Shown: positions 25,425-39,377, counted from the whole stretch's first letter. The stretch is 60,639 bases of DNA, filler included, from Basidioascus undulatus (GCA_000826855.1; 4 parts of 4 records of this genome joined end to end with filler, not necessarily neighbours in it); one strand, 5' to 3'. Notes: a model not told the origin generated them from the sequence alone. Translations and numbers: made by a program.

Positions 25425-28400
25425 TTAGAATCCGCCGAAGCCAGTCGGTTGCTGTGTATTCCCATTGCTGTGGTCAGCGAATGCAGCAGCGACGTTGCAA
25501 AAGCACACTACTTACCGGACCGAAGCCGTTCATCCCTGTGTACATGGGAGCTTGCGGAGCAGCGCCCGTCGGACCCGCCGTGAGTAGCAGTTGGGAGCCC
25601 TGCGCGGGACAAACACACGATGAGCGTCGAGCGATCAAGACTTTGCAGTAGTATGGAAACGCACAAAGCCAGGCCCAATTATGGGTTGCGAGTCCTCGGC
25701 CTCCTCCTTGGCCGCCGTCTTCGTCGACAGTTCCCGCAGCTGCTTCTCCAAATCGGCCACCTGCAGGCGAATAGGACGCGGTTCAACCGACGACATTCAA
25801 GCGAAAGAACAGCGACAGCGCCAGACACGCACCCTGTTGTGCTGATCCCGCTGGTACTGCAGCCAGTACGGCTTGGCAAAGTCGCCGAGGCCGTGCCGCC
25901 ATGACAGGTCCTCGACGACGTCTGGCCGGACGAGGTCGTAGTTGACAAAGAGGTGCGCAGCGAACGCCTCCTTGCTGCCGATGTCCACCCAGTCTGCAAA
26001 CACCCCCAAAATGAAGTCAGCAACCACTCAGCCAATCACAAAGAACGAAATCGAACGCACAGGACAGCAGGTCCTCCGACACCTGGACGTCCTCGGACGC
26101 AGCGGCCGTCTTGAGCGCGTCGCCCCAGAGCTTGTCGTCTTTGCTGAGCGCGATCGACTCCTCCCAGTGCTTGAGCTTCTTGAGCAGGTGCGCGGCGATG
26201 CGGCGGAAGGCGAGGAGCTCATGCTTCTCGAGCCGCTTCGACAGCGCGAGCTGGTCAAAGTTGGTGTACGAGTCGATCGCGTCCAGGAGCGTCTTGTAGT
26301 CCTCCTCCTCGATGAGCAGGTCGTGCACCGCTTCGTTGACAGCGATGACGTCAAGCTGCAGAGCCGAATGTCCAGCGCTCAGTCAAAGTACTTGATGAAG
26401 GCAGAGCAAGCGGACACATACGTGCTGGACGGCGATGAGGTAGGGGCGGATGAGGGGGAGGTTGTCGGACTGGCGGAACATGCGGACGACGCGGGAGTGG
26501 TCGATGCGGGGGATGAGCGCGGTGAGGAGGTCGGTAAGAAGGGTGGGGTGCTGCTCCTGGTAGAAGCTCAGGGCCTGAAAGACCGCTTGTTAGTCTTCGC
26601 AACCACTCAAATAGCAGGTTTGAGCACCGCAACGCACCTTGTAGAAGATCTCGGCGTTGGCAACCTTGACGAGCGTGTCACGGAACTGCTGGTGGTCCCA
26701 AGCATCCGCGGCGTGCTCGATGGTCGACAGCGCAGCGTTGTCCCACTCGGCGTAGGCGATGTACTGTGAAGGAAGGAACTCAGTATCCTGCACGAATACT
26801 GACTAAGCCGTAAAGTCCGCAACCCACCAAGAAGACAAGCTCGCGCCTGCAAGCCGGACTCGCGCATCAGCGACTGTTTCAAGAAGTGCACGAGAACGCT
26901 GCTCACCACAGGTGGCCGTCCTGAGCCGCCCGAATGACCTTCGGGATGTTGATGCGCGTGCTGTAGAGCCTGAACAACAGAAGGCACAAAGCGTCAGCGT
27001 CTCACACCCCGCACCTCCGAGTCAACGAGCAACGCACTTGAGGTGCTCGAACAGGCGCTCAGGGCGGTACTTGGAGTACGCGATGGCGGTCTCGGTGAAG
27101 AGGCCCATGTGGGCGCGCTCGAGGCCGAGGCCGGCCTCGAGGAGGGACATGAGCTCCTCGAAGCGGCCGCGGGACTCATAGAGCGAGATGACGGCCTGGA
27201 GCTCCTCGGCGTGGACGATGAGGTCTGGCGGAGGCGAACAGCAGGCTCGGTTCAACTCGTGCACGCAGGACAAGTCAGTGACGAGGAGATGCTACGCACT
27301 GAGACTACAGATCTGCGCGAGGCGGTACTCGTCCTTGTCGACGCAAGCCAAGCAGACCTGCTTCCAGACCCTGCGCGCAACAACCAATCATGCGTTCAGC
27401 GTCGCGGTTGGCTATACATCCGCCAAGCATTTTTCTTATGACGCACTGGGTGTTGCCGGCCTTGCGCGCGCTCTCGACCGCACCCTGGTGGTCGTTGAGG
27501 TAGATGAGGGTCGTCGCGAGGCGGGCGTAATTGGAGATGGACGAGAACATGATCTTGGCGGCGGGGTAGAGGCCCTCCTCGAAACACTTCTCGCCGACCT
27601 CGAGGACGCTGTCAAAGCGTCCACCGCATCAATGTCTACTCACTGCACGGAGAAGCGCAGAGGGAAGAAAGGCACGCACTCGGCAACGTTGGTCATATGC
27701 AGGAAGTCCTCAGCGTCGTGCAGGCGGTCCGTCTTGCACAAGCAGAACGCAAGCGTCGAGTCGATCTTGGGCTCGCGCGCCGTCTTGCGCGCCATCTGGA
27801 GGTAGCGCACGAGGTCCTCGTGCTTGTCCGCGCGCTCGGCAATCTCGATGACCTCCGCAAAGTTGCTCGGGTCGTTGGCCTTGATGTACGACTCTGCACG
27901 CGCGCAAGGACACATGGCAATTTGAATAATCAGGGATGGAAGAAGGGGTTGAAAGGAGGACGGGCGACCACGCACCGATAGCGTCCTTAATGCGGAGTCC
28001 GTCGAGCTGGGCCTTGGCGAGGCGGCTCCAGAGCGCGGGCTGGTTGACCTTGTTCGCGTAGTCGTACGCGCGGTCGATGCTGACGACGTGCTCGACGAGG
28101 ACGTTGATCGCCTCGAGGTGCTGCTCGCCCTTCTTGTAGATCGCGAACGCCTCCTCGTACAGGCCGTGATCGATCGCGATCTTGGCGATCTCATTCGCGT
28201 CAAAGTTGCTCCTGCACCCACCCACAATTAGTCAGCCGAGCGCTCCTTGAAAGGCGGTCGTGATGGCCGTATGGGGAGGACGCACAGCTTCGCGATGTAG
28301 TTCATGACGCGGCCCTGGTCGGTGCGGATCGCGGTGAGGAGGAGCAGGTTCTGGAGGCTGCCGTTGTCCGAGAACGGCGACGGCTCGAGGATGATCTTCT

Positions 28401-29943
28401 CGAGGATCTCGACGAGCTCCTGGGGCAGGTCGGCGGCCATGAACGCCTTGACGGCGACGGAAACGTCGTCGGGGTCGGTCGACTCGGGGATGGCGGTAGC
28501 GGAGACCTGTCGTCCACCAGAACGTTCACCACCATCAGCGGAAATGCACCACGACAGCGGGGAAATGAGACGCGCGCACCTGGTCGATGAGCGCGCGGCG
28601 GTGCTCGTTCTCGGGGCTGAGGACCTGCGCCCAGAGATCGAGCTGGCGGCGACGGACGAGGTAGCGCGCCTGGTGCTTGTACATCGCATTCTCGTTCGTG
28701 ATCGCGATGAGCTCGTCGTCGCAGAAGCCCTTGGCGTACGCGATGAACGCGAGGTACGGGTCCCGCTTCTCGCAGTACTTGCCAACGACGAGGGGCTCGT
28801 AGATCTGTCCCACGCCCACAACACGCACGTCAGCTTTCCCCTTTCTCTCTGCCTACTCGAGATAAAGATGGGTCAAAACGCACGTTGTTCTCCTTCAAGA
28901 ACGCCTCGGGGTTGTTGTTCGAGTCGATGTAGATCTTGGCGAGGGCATTGTACAGCGCGGGGTCCTGCTGGCCCGCCTGGATGCGCGCCTCGAGCCAGGG
29001 CAAGATGAGCTTGAGCCTGTTCCTGCGCTCGACCTCGTCGACGAGCTCGTCGATCGCGAACGTGCCCGTGACGCTCGCGAGGATATTCTTGATGAGGGAC
29101 TCGTCCGCGTCGACGTCGAGCAGGCCGCCGACGACCTGCGGCAGGCGCGCAGAGTTCACGCGCTGCACGTAAACCTCTATGAAGGACGCGAGCCCGTTCT
29201 GGAACAGGTACAGCACGAGGTCGTGCACGAAGTCGAACCGGTCGCAGACGATGATGAGCGGCAGCTGGTCCTGCAGCTTGGCCTCCTTGAGGAAGCTGTT
29301 CCACGACACATCGCATCAGCCGCTGTGTCCATCGCAGCTTCCCACAATCCCCGCAGGACGCCGACTCACTTCTTGACCTTCTCCGGGTTGTAAAAGTTGC
29401 TCTCGCGGCAGATGCGCTCGACCTCGCGGATCTGGCCCGTGCGCGTCGCAGCCTGGATGTACTTGAAGTGGACCTCGGGGTCCTGACTGAGGTTGACGAC
29501 CGAGCCAAGGTAGTAGTAGAGACCTGATCGCCCATACAAAGCACCCCATCCCATCCCCACAGATCAGTCTCCCTTGCTTTCCTCTGAAACGATTAAGACA
29601 AGAAAGACGGCGCCAACGCACCCTCGAAGCTCTTAAAGCTCTCAAACATCTCGATGATCTTGACAGGCCCAAGGAGGTCCGAGTACTTGGTCGCGATCTG
29701 GACGACGATCTGGAGGTTCTGGCGGATGTTGACGCGGAGCATCTCGTTCAGGCACGCGAGCGACTGCTCGACCGTGAGGTTTCCGAAGTAGTTGACGAGC
29801 CACTGCGTTTCCACCAACTCCGTCAGCGCTTGCCCTCATCGTGCAAAGTACGAAAAAGAAGGGATACGCACCTCGGCGTTGAGCAGCGGCGTGTGCACGA
29901 CGACGCGCTTGATGTCCGCCGTGTCCTCGTAAAGCTCAAGCGC
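25425..29943 (-). CDS. CHC1: Clathrin heavy chain, 3' portion (5' part lost at contig end)
   Basis: [90 protein letters not shown]-like [40 protein letters not shown]; ends QPTGFGGF*. Confidence 0.98.
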
Positions 29944-30018
29944 CTATCACACCATCCCCCACCCGAATCAGCACCTACACTTCCCTCATTCTCTCCCAAC
30001 ATCCTCCAGTCCCTCCGG

Positions 30019-30118
30019 NNNNNNNNNNNNNNNNNNNNNNNNNNNNNNNNNNNNNNNNNNNNTTAATTAATTAANNNNNNNNNNNNNNNNNNNNNNNNNN
30101 NNNNNNNNNNNNNNNNNN
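30019..30118. other. Artificial contig spacer N44-TTAATTAATTAA-N44
   Basis: 100-nt spacer with six-frame stop linker at 30063-30074. Confidence 0.97.
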
Positions 30119-31257
30119 CGCACCCAAGGCGCTGATCTAAATGCTGACGTGGGGTGTTATGGGGAACGATAGCGAGGATCTTGCGAAAGACGATGCGCGC
30201 GACCACAAGATCGCACAGGACGCTGCGGGTGGCAAGCTCAAGAACCGCCGGCGTGACGGCCTCGGCGACCTCGACCTGTCCTCGGACGAGGACGAACCTT
30301 GGCGCAAGTTCAACGAGGACAAACGGCGCGCAAAGAAGCGCAAGCTGCAAGGCATCGACCCGATGGAGCGTATCGGTGCGCTGTCTCCCCTTCTTTCCTT
30401 CCTTCCTTCCTTCCCTTTTGGAGGACTGGGCAACTGACTGCCTGTACGTGGTCGCCGCCAGCTGCCCACCCCGCCGGGGCGGCGTTCGCACAGGCCTTCA
30501 GCAAAATGCACACGACCGAGGAGATGGACGACGACTTCTACGCCGAGGAGCCGTCGCAGGTCGAGGGTGACCCTGAGGCGGACGCCGATGCGGAGGGCGA
30601 CGGCGAGGAGCGCGCGGGGCCAATGTCGGAGCGCGAGCTCAAGGCGGAGATTCAGCGTGCCAAGCAATACGTGAGTGGGCTGTCTGACGGTACCGGTTGA
30701 GAACGATGCTGATGGATGGCCGGGGATGCAGGACCTCGAGGTGCAGGCCAAGAGCAAGACGGTCGAGTTGGATATCATCAGCGACGACGAGGAGATGGAC
30801 TCGCAGGCGTCGGCCTTCGTCCGCGATCGAACCGTTCTCGCGATGCAGCGGCCAGCTCCCCGCGCAGCAGACGACGACGAGCTGGAGGTGCGTCTCCGTT
30901 GCCTCGCCATTTATCCATTCTCCGCCGCAGCCCGCTAACGCCTCGTCCTTGGTTCACTTTCAGGCAAGCTACGCCAGACCCCGCGCCCCACTCTCCGACA
31001 AAGAGCGCGCCCGCTTGGCGCTCTACGCGCGCGAAGAAACCGCCAACGGCTCCGCGGGCGGAACGGACCGCTTCTCGCGCGACGGCAGCCGGCGCTCCAT
31101 CACGGCGTTTGCAAACGCGGGTGGGCGGGCGAGCGACCCGGGCTCGGGTGGCGCGAAGCGGCGGAGAGTCGGGGGCGGGGAGGAGCGGGGGAAGAAGGTC
31201 CAGGTCAAGGCAATTGTGCGGGAGGAGAGCAGCTTGCTCAAGCTCAGGAAGTGGTGA
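30119..31257 (+). CDS. MRC1: Mrc1/claspin-like replication checkpoint mediator, 3' fragment
   Basis: DDARDHKIAQDAAGGKLKNRRRDGLGDLDLSSDEDE...KKRKLQGIDPMERI/AAHPAGAAFAQAF matches the fungal MRC1-like domain pattern; acidic tail; TGA 31255-31257. Confidence 0.6.
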
Positions 31258-32739
31258 ACTGCCATGCGGGTTGGAGAGGATAGAGCACGGCGCGGAGCGG
31301 ATGTGTACGAGGCGGAGGACGGTGGATGCTTGCCCTGTATGACTGCTGCTCTTACTGCATTGTCTGATATTTCATGACTAGTTTTGTGTGTAACGCTTGG
31401 AATGTGCGTGCATATTGCGAGCATTCGTCGGCTTCATAGCAAAGTGCGGTGGGCCTCAGGAGCACGGTCGCCTGCGCTGAGTTACATTGCACCTTCAGGT
31501 AGAACTTCGCTTTCGTGAATGCTCTTTTTATGAAACAATTCCGCCTCCATAGGGTCTCATCTCCCGATGGGAGTCTCTTGCGAGAGGCCTGCTTGTGAAC
31601 ATGACCTTCGCCGAGTGGTTGCTTTCATTCCCTGTAAGCCGTTCACATATCGTTGGCACATGCTGCGCTAGTTACTTTAAATTTCCGTTCGATTTACGGT
31701 AATTTGCGATGCACTACTGGAAGAAAGTGGAACGGATAAGATGCGTTTGTCAAACGTTGCGACTATCGTCACTGTTCAGTGGGCTCCTCCATAGCTTTGA
31801 AAAGTTCTTACATAAGCACTACCCTCAATGCCCAGTGAATCAGCTCCAACACCCGCGCTCAACCTCAAGCTCGAATGAGTCATCTGCGCAAGCTACCCAA
31901 AACGGTTGGCCTTGCACCAATGCAAAACTGACCGTAGTCAGACAAGCTAAGGAATGGGGCGATTAAGAGACGAAATGCTCAGAGGATGCGCTTCACATCG
32001 AGGAAGCGCGATGCGAGCAACTGCCGGAGCAAGAGCGTCTGATGGTTGAAGCGGACAACAACGACAATCTCGTCCATACGAAGATCCTCGGCGGTGAGGT
32101 GTGTGAAGCGCCCACAGTGGCCGGCTAATGCTGCAAAGTATTTGAGTCACGCAAAACGCAGCAGGAAAGGAGAGCTCGAGAAACGATGATGCGCCGGTCC
32201 TTGGGTCATGGCGAGTCACGACACCCGGGTCCTGAGGAGTAATAGATTCAAAAACGGACTTATAGAACTGCCCTTTATGATCTCTGCATATGTACCACTG
32301 CATTTGACCACTATTCTCGCCAGTACCGCATTGCATGAAGCACGGAGAAACCCAGCAGGGAGACACTAGCTGTCGAGCTATGGACTTACTGTCGAGCCGT
32401 GCCACTTTAGTGGAAGCATTTCGGGCAAGCAACATGTTCTTCCCAGCGTCTGCCGCCCGTCACTGCAGGCGATCTTGATCTTCGCCCGCGCCTGCTTCTG
32501 TGAACCCATTAACAAAGTGATAAAGTGCCTGGAAGCGCCCCGAACGTTTGCCTCGTGTTTCTCAGCCCGGTGACGGCAGCGGCGAGTGTGCACGCGATGT
32601 AGTCGGCTGGTCTTACTGACCCACCTCGTCCTGCCCCTCGCCAACAGCTGTGTGTTGACTCCCGTCGCTCACCCTCTCCTATTCTGCTTCTTCCAAGTAG
32701 CAAATAAAACACTCTATCGAACAGCTTTGCAACCTGTCG

Positions 32740-33640
32740 CACCTTCTCGACTTTCCCAACGAAATCCTCTCCCAGATCCTCTTCGAAACCTACTGTGCCG
32801 AGGATCCCGTCCCCGCTCTCCATGCAGCGTCGTCCTCGGCAGACTCCGGCACCGCCGCCATGTCCTTCCTCTTTATCTGCGAGCACCTTGAACTGCTCGC
32901 TTTCGATCATCTCTGTCGAGACGTGCGCCTCACGACGGAGGAGCAGTGCAAGACGTTGTTGAAATATCTCGAAAAGAACGACGGAGCCGCTGGGCAGGTA
33001 TCGAAGCTGGTCCTCACCGCACCTTTTGATTAACGCCTCGAGTCCATCTTGAGCACGTGCACCGCCTTGAGCACGCGCACGGCGGTGAAGACGCTCAAGA
33101 TCAAGCTCTGCTCCCTCACTTCGCCCGAGGACATCAAAGGACTCGCGCCCCTAACAGTTAGTCCACAAACAGTTTCTCTCGCCTTTCGTGTCGCACGACT
33201 TCAAATGTGGTTCTTTTCGGGAGAGGACATCTCAATTGCGATGCCACGTCACAGGCCTGCCAAAGCTTGGTGTTGTCATCTCTATGCTCATAGGTCAAAC
33301 CAGGCAGCCTTCACTCGCTTGGGCTAGCCAACTTCCTTCTCGATGAGGCTCTCGCAGACGAAGTCACTAGGCTTAGAGTCCCCTGTCTACCGCTGTCCGA
33401 ACTAGCCAAGGCCAGCTGGGCCAAGGCGGTCTTGCACAATCCTCACGTCCGACGATTGAGGTCTTGCGCGATCTGCAGGGCAATTCGCGCTGGCGCTATT
33501 TCCGCCATTTGGGGCACTCGGAAGAGAGCGACGAGGAGTTTCAACAGGGTGGTGATCGCGGAGCCGATGCCGGACCGGGATGGCTTCTGAAGGAGGGAAA
33601 GAAGCGTGCGGTCCAGGGGGTGTCGGCCTGTCTTGCTGTG
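32740..33640 (+). pseudogene. F-box-like/LRR-type protein remnant
   Basis: HLLDFPNEILSQILFE (F-box-like), LCRDVRLTTEEQCKTLLKYLE..VSKLVL; in-frame TAA 33031-33033 with protein-like sequence continuing. 3' limit approximate. Confidence 0.55.
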
Positions 33641-34035
33641 ACTGCTTATGCGTTGTATTATGGGTATGCTCGATTTTTTCCCACCTTTTGTCAAGTGGCG
33701 TTCATGTTCTGCTCTATCTGTATTATTGTGTGATGTACACGCAAATCTTTGCAAGACAGTCCCAGCGATACCCGTTCTCGCAACTGCAACGTCGACGTGA
33801 TACTGAATTAAGATACTGAAGGAATTTAAATTGCTTTTCGACCAAAGCATCAGTTCCAGCTGAGGTCTAGACAAACGCCTCTCCAAAGGTCGTGTGCTGC
33901 CCAGTGACGCTGTGCACAGTCTCTCTCTCTCCCCTTCAAAAGACTGAGTACGTGCATGAGTATTCACGCTGTCCAGAAGTCCACCACCAAACACAACAAA
34001 CTCCTCTGAAAAGGCAGTCGGCTCAATTTTCAGAT

Positions 34036-35435
34036 ATGCAAAGGATCCACCGCCAGCCCGCCCGCGCCCTCGGTAAGTACAACCGCCCGCCCATCTTCCC
34101 CGACTGCCGAGGGGTCTTCCAAACGCACGCCGACTATGCCCACTTGGTAGATGTCGGTTCTGCCTCCCAACAAGGGGGCATAAGCACCCAGGGGAGGGGA
34201 CGTTAAATTTTTCGTTGGCAAGGAAGCCCAGCGTACCGCGCCGGCGACCACTGGCACCTTCGCGACCCCCGGTAAGCTCGACACCAGCTTCCCCACAAAC
34301 ATCGACATCGCCGACTCCTACAACAAGCTGCCCCAGCTGGTTGTCGGCGCTCAGCCTATTTTCCCAGACGATGGCAGCTACCGCAGCAGTGAATATGTTT
34401 CCGTCATTTTTATTTACCTAGCTACGTGATCATCCCTGGGAATTGTATTATCGTCACAGATTCGTAGCGGTTGGAGGCAGATCGACAACTGCTCCGTGCA
34501 CGACTACGTTCTGCAGTAAGTCTCCCTTGTTTGCTATCCTGACCTGTGCATTAAAGTGAGCATTGCAATAACAACACGCCTCAGCCGACCTGCGGTGACA
34601 TCCCCCAGGGGTCGACTTGGACCTCGCCTTACGACAACGTCGTCACCGAGGTACCGACTGACTACGACATTGACCAGTGAGTCCGATGCGTATACATTTT
34701 CGATTTCCTTGAGATTAATATTCTCAGGCATTGCCTATCTTGCAAAAGCCTGATTGTAAGCAAATACTCTCACCCATCATCTCCTCCTTTTCAATTGGCT
34801 GCTCACGCATTTCCCTTTTGATATGGCAGCCTATGAAGCACGCATGCTTGGCTGGTGCGAAGAACTGGGACTATCAGAGGAGGACTGTGAGTATTCCAGA
34901 CATACTCTTCAACTGGTTGGCAGAGCGTGCCGTCTCACGCTCTCGCTTGAATAACAGGACTTTGCCAACGACCGTATGTCAACCCCACTGGGCGCAAGTT
35001 GCTTAACACCTACTATCTCTAACTTGAACAAATCTGCAGTGGACAACTCGCCTCAGCTGCTTGTCGTCAGCAAGCGCTCCAACAGGAAGAATGGTGACAC
35101 CCGTCGACTAGTGGCTCTCGTAACCACTAGCTCTGCCCATCACACACGCCCAGTCCGCCAACGGTGCAGCGGTCCCTCCCAGATTCAAAGACAGCAAAGC
35201 TTTGAAGCCTCTACCCTCTCGCAGGTCCAGCTACAACGGCCTGGACAGCTTCGACTGCACGTACATGGCCGCCTGGATCGATGTCAGGTGCGTTCTCAAA
35301 AGCGAACCACCGTCGTGTCAGCACCGCAGCTGACCAGAACCTGCCCTTTTTCTCCCAATAGGCACTACTTGGCATTGAGATTAGCGGCCAGGAGCAGTCG
35401 GTCTTGTGGAATCGCATCCCATCTACTGCCTCTGA
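34036..35435 (+). pseudogene. DUF1524 / HNH-type nuclease family gene, disrupted, highly intron-split
   Basis: Spliced reconstruction: NCSVHDYVL..WTSPYDNVVTEVPTDYDIDHLIPMKHACLAGAKNWDYQRRTDFANDLDNSPQLLVVSKRSNRKNGD..FDCTYMAAWIDVRHY. Lesions at ~34200, 35100-35111 and ~35370. Confidence 0.75.
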
Positions 35436-36461
35436 GGTCAACGGCCTCGGTGTCCTCAGACTGCCCCTCGTTCTCTTTCCCAAAGATAGCGCTGGACGTT
35501 GAACAACCGACTCTTATTCTTTTTGGAAGTCTTCTTCGTCAATTTTTTCCTTCTTCGTGCAACTGGATATTCATTCGCTTGCTCAATCGTGTGCTATTGC
35601 CTGTCTCCGCCTGCGACTGCCAGGCAATCCTGAAACGTGGTCTAGCTGAGAATGCTGGAGTTGTCCCAGGACGTCTGGATTCGCTCCCTTTAAAGTCCCG
35701 ATGAGACGTAGGTACTAGGTTCATCAACAATTTGTTGCGCTGTAAGACGCGGATAACATGCAAAGTCGCAAATTGAGCGTGAACGTGATTCGCAACACTT
35801 GAAGCCGAAATGAAACAATTAAAGCCGAACTGAACGAATAAGGAACCTGCCGAGGTTCGACCCTCGACCAACGTCGACCTATTTTTGCTGCGGGTGCCTT
35901 TGGGGTGCCTTGGCGAGGGGCGTGTTTTATGTGTCGCACCGTCAGCGCCTTCCTCGCGGCGTGAGGTTGTCCCAGTAGATCCTTCACAGGCTGCTTTCAC
36001 GCATGATACAAGAAAGATCCATCAGGAAAGTACAATTTCGTGGGGTAGAAGAGGCTCCGATTGGGCTATGACCGCCGACAGAGAGCTTTGAGGGCCTGGC
36101 TCGTCACGCTGTGGCCCCGTCCGGCGCCACTGTCGTCTCCTCCGCACATCAAATGCTAGGTACATTTATGATGACTGTGCCAAGTCCTCCTTGATACAGT
36201 TAGCACGTGTAGCATATGTACATAGTATGCACGCTGCCTGTAGATGAACCAAGTGCGAACGCCCGGCGAGCCCGACGCACGCGCTTGTGGTCTTGTATCG
36301 CACCCCTCTCTCGCTCTTGCTCCTCTTCTACCATCAACACCCCAGTCGAACGCTCGCGCTTCTTCCTCCACCCTTCCCTTCTGGCGCTACCCTGACACCT
36401 CCCCTTTCCATTCCTCATCCTCTTCCGACCCCCCGACGCTCGTTATCTTACACGCACAACG

Positions 36462-38293
36462 ATGATCGCCTCCGCCGTCGCCCTCGCCGGCCTTGTTGGC
36501 TTCGTTTCCGCCCAGGGCGTGGCGACCACGTACCCTGGTGTTCTGCCTTCGGGCACGAGTACGTCTTTTGGCCTTCCTGGATCTAGTATACACGACTGAC
36601 ACGTGCATCAATCCCATCCGCCACCTCGTCCCCCCGTCTCGCCTTCCCATCCGCCTTCCCTCTTCTTTATTCTCTTCCTCAAAAACAAACAAACAAACAA
36701 ACAACAGTGGGTCCCACGAACCCGCCTACGGCAACGGAGGGCACGCCGATCAACCAGGAGTCCGAGGCCCGTCTCGTCTCTCTGAACAGCATCGACGTAC
36801 GTCCTTGTGGAGCTATCGGTCTGAAGCGGTCCCTGCAAGCTAATCACTGCCTCGACACGTCTGCAGGACTTCTGCCTCTTCGGTCCCAAAGAGCCCGGAC
36901 ACACCATCGGCGACACCGAGTTCGAGCAGGTTGCGTGGTGCACGCAGCCCCGTAACAACGCTCGTGTCATCCCCGACGGCACCATCACCGCCGCGCACTT
37001 CATTAAGACGCCGTTCTACGTTCAGATCCAGGGCTTCGGTGACTTCACCAAGATCGTCAGTTGTCCATGCATCCGAAGCGTTCCGGTTCTGACGTTTCCG
37101 CTCTCTTGATACAATTAGGGCATCACGGAGGGTGACTACGGGGGGGAGCTTGACCCGCACGGCGCGACCAACAAGGGCAACCCCGTTGGTGGCAACGTCA
37201 CCTCGAACGTGTCCGGTACGCATCAGCACAGCGTCGAAAGACTTCGGAGTCTGTTCCTGACCTGCTCTGACCTTCCTTGCAACGCCAGGCGAGGACGTTT
37301 CCTACCAGGAGTGGATGGTGCGTCGCGTCGTGCTCATTCCGCTCCTGACGCCCCAAGCTGACCACTCTTCTCCGTTGCACGTCTTACAGGAGTTCATCTC
37401 GTATGAGCAATTCTGCCTGCGTATCTGCATTGCCGCGAACGAGACCTGGAACACTGGCATCATGTGCGAGCACAAGGTGGGCTACCTTGTTCTCGAGTGT
37501 CGAGATCCTCCGCACGGAAGCTGACTTCTGGCTCCGGACTGCAGCTCGACATCATGGGCTGCCAGTTCGTCATGCCTGGAGACTACACTCCGGACTCCTT
37601 CGACTCGTGCGAGGGCGAGCCTGCCTACCCGCCCGGTGCGTCCCTGCAACTGTCTTTGTGCGCTAGGGCGCGACTTACCATGCCTCAGGTGTCTACCCTA
37701 TCGAGGGCGGCGGCTACTCGACCTTTGCGCAGCGCTTCACCGGCACCTAGTAAGCCGCTGGGATGTTGCACGGTAGCTACGGCAATGGTTCTGACCGCCT
37801 TTCCGCAGCACCGCTGACGGCACCGCTGTCGCCTACACTGTCGGCCAGAGTGAGTGTCTTGTGTCAGCCCTCTCTTTCACCCACATGCGCTGATGCCGCG
37901 CGCCCACCATCGCTAGCCGTGACGCCCACTGCCCCCTACATGGTTCCCGCCACCTCCAACTGCGTCAAGGCGACCTCCATCAAGGCCAACGGCCTCGACC
38001 TCCCTGGCGCGGCCGGCCCGACCGGCGCCGCAGGCTCCTCCTCCGGCGTGCGTTCTTCCCTCGCTTCCCGGTCCCCGTCAGCGTCCTCGACTGATGCCGC
38101 CTCCGCGTCTGTGTCCTCGTCCTCGTCTCAGGCCAAGGACTCCGACGCCAAGGCGACCTCGGTCACCAAGTCCTCTTCCCAGACGGGCACCACGGGGCCC
38201 ACCAGCGGCTCCCTCTCGTTCGGCGCGCCCGCCCTCGGCCTCGCTGCCACCGCCGGCGTGGTCGTCCTCTCCGCGTTTGCTGTTCTGCTCTAA
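36462..38293 (+). CDS. MP88-like secreted, probably GPI-anchored mannoprotein
   Basis: Signal peptide; SLNSIDDFCLFGP..IGDTEFEQVAWCTQPRNNARVIPDGTITAAHFIKTP..GGELDPHGA..GNPVGG..FCLRIC..CEHKLDIMGC; Ser/Thr-rich stalk; hydrophobic C-terminus. Confidence 0.88.
36682..36705 (+). repeat. (AAAC)n microsatellite in MP88-like intron
   Basis: aaaacaaacaaacaaacaaacaac next to the acceptor AG. Confidence 0.8.
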
Positions 38294-39377
38294 GCATGCA
38301 CGCGTCCTTTTGCATCATCATCTTCGTTCCTTTTTAATGGACATTCGCGTGGCACCCGTTTTTTTTTTTACTCATTCGCATAGGATGGACTGTATCCCCT
38401 GTAGCGTTGCAGTCTATGCATCGCACCCCCACGCATAGCGCATCGAGAGCCCCCACGGTTTGTGTGCGTTCAGGCAACGTCAACGCACTACACATAGGCA
38501 CTTCGACAGCTTCCTGAATGCCGAAAATTTACCGAGGATAGATCAGGTTTCGGGAAACTGGCCACCCCGGTACCACGGACGGACATCTACTGTGCGGATT
38601 TTTCGGGAGACGACACGCTGCCCCCGGGCTGCCGTACCGTGCTGGTGAGACGTGAAAACTGATCATGAGCTGTCCAACAGAGAATGCAGGAAACTGCCTG
38701 CCCGCCGAGGGTTTGTCGGCGACTGCGGAGGCCGGAGGCCGACAATTATGCGGACTCTGGAGTCGTACTGGCCCCCATCTCCCATCTCCCAGTGTTTACG
38801 CCGACGGATCGAATCTGACTGAGCCCTTCCACACCCACCTCCCTATCCGTGGGACGGGAAACTTTATATAAAGCCTCGGTGCTCGCAAATCGTGTTGTCC
38901 GGGACCACGCGCCCCTCCGCGCGCAGGAGGTACGCTGCAGGGCAATGGCGCATGAGTCACAATCGATCCTGAATTCGTCAGTATCCTGCCCGGAGAAGAG
39001 CGTCCGACGGCGCTATGCAGCCTCGTGTCAAGCAGTCGACACTTGGTCCCGTCGTGCCCCGGATCCTACCAGAGCAAGCCAGAGCGCTTTGTTGTACTAT
39101 CAATCGCGTCGCTGCGCCGAGGCATCGTTATGCACCCACTGGCCTGACCTGAGCTCTGGTGCTCAACTGAAAACGCAGAACCCGGGACGAAGACTGCGGA
39201 CTGAGCGACCAGAGTCGTTGCGACAACTTTGTCAGGGACTGAGGAGGTCGAGCTTCGCCCCGCCCCCAGGTTGCTTCGACATCCCGCATCCCAGCCCACA
39301 TCCCAGCCCAGTCCCCAATCCAAGCAGGGTATCAATCCGATGCATGCTCCCACGGGGAGAGTGGGGACGGGGGGGTA

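Noticed and set aside
25942..29376. Long plus-strand ORFs antisense to clathrin (and similar ORFs opposite GDH, MED6, Ras)
   Set aside because: Shadow ORFs caused by high GC3 codon bias; no recognisable protein features.
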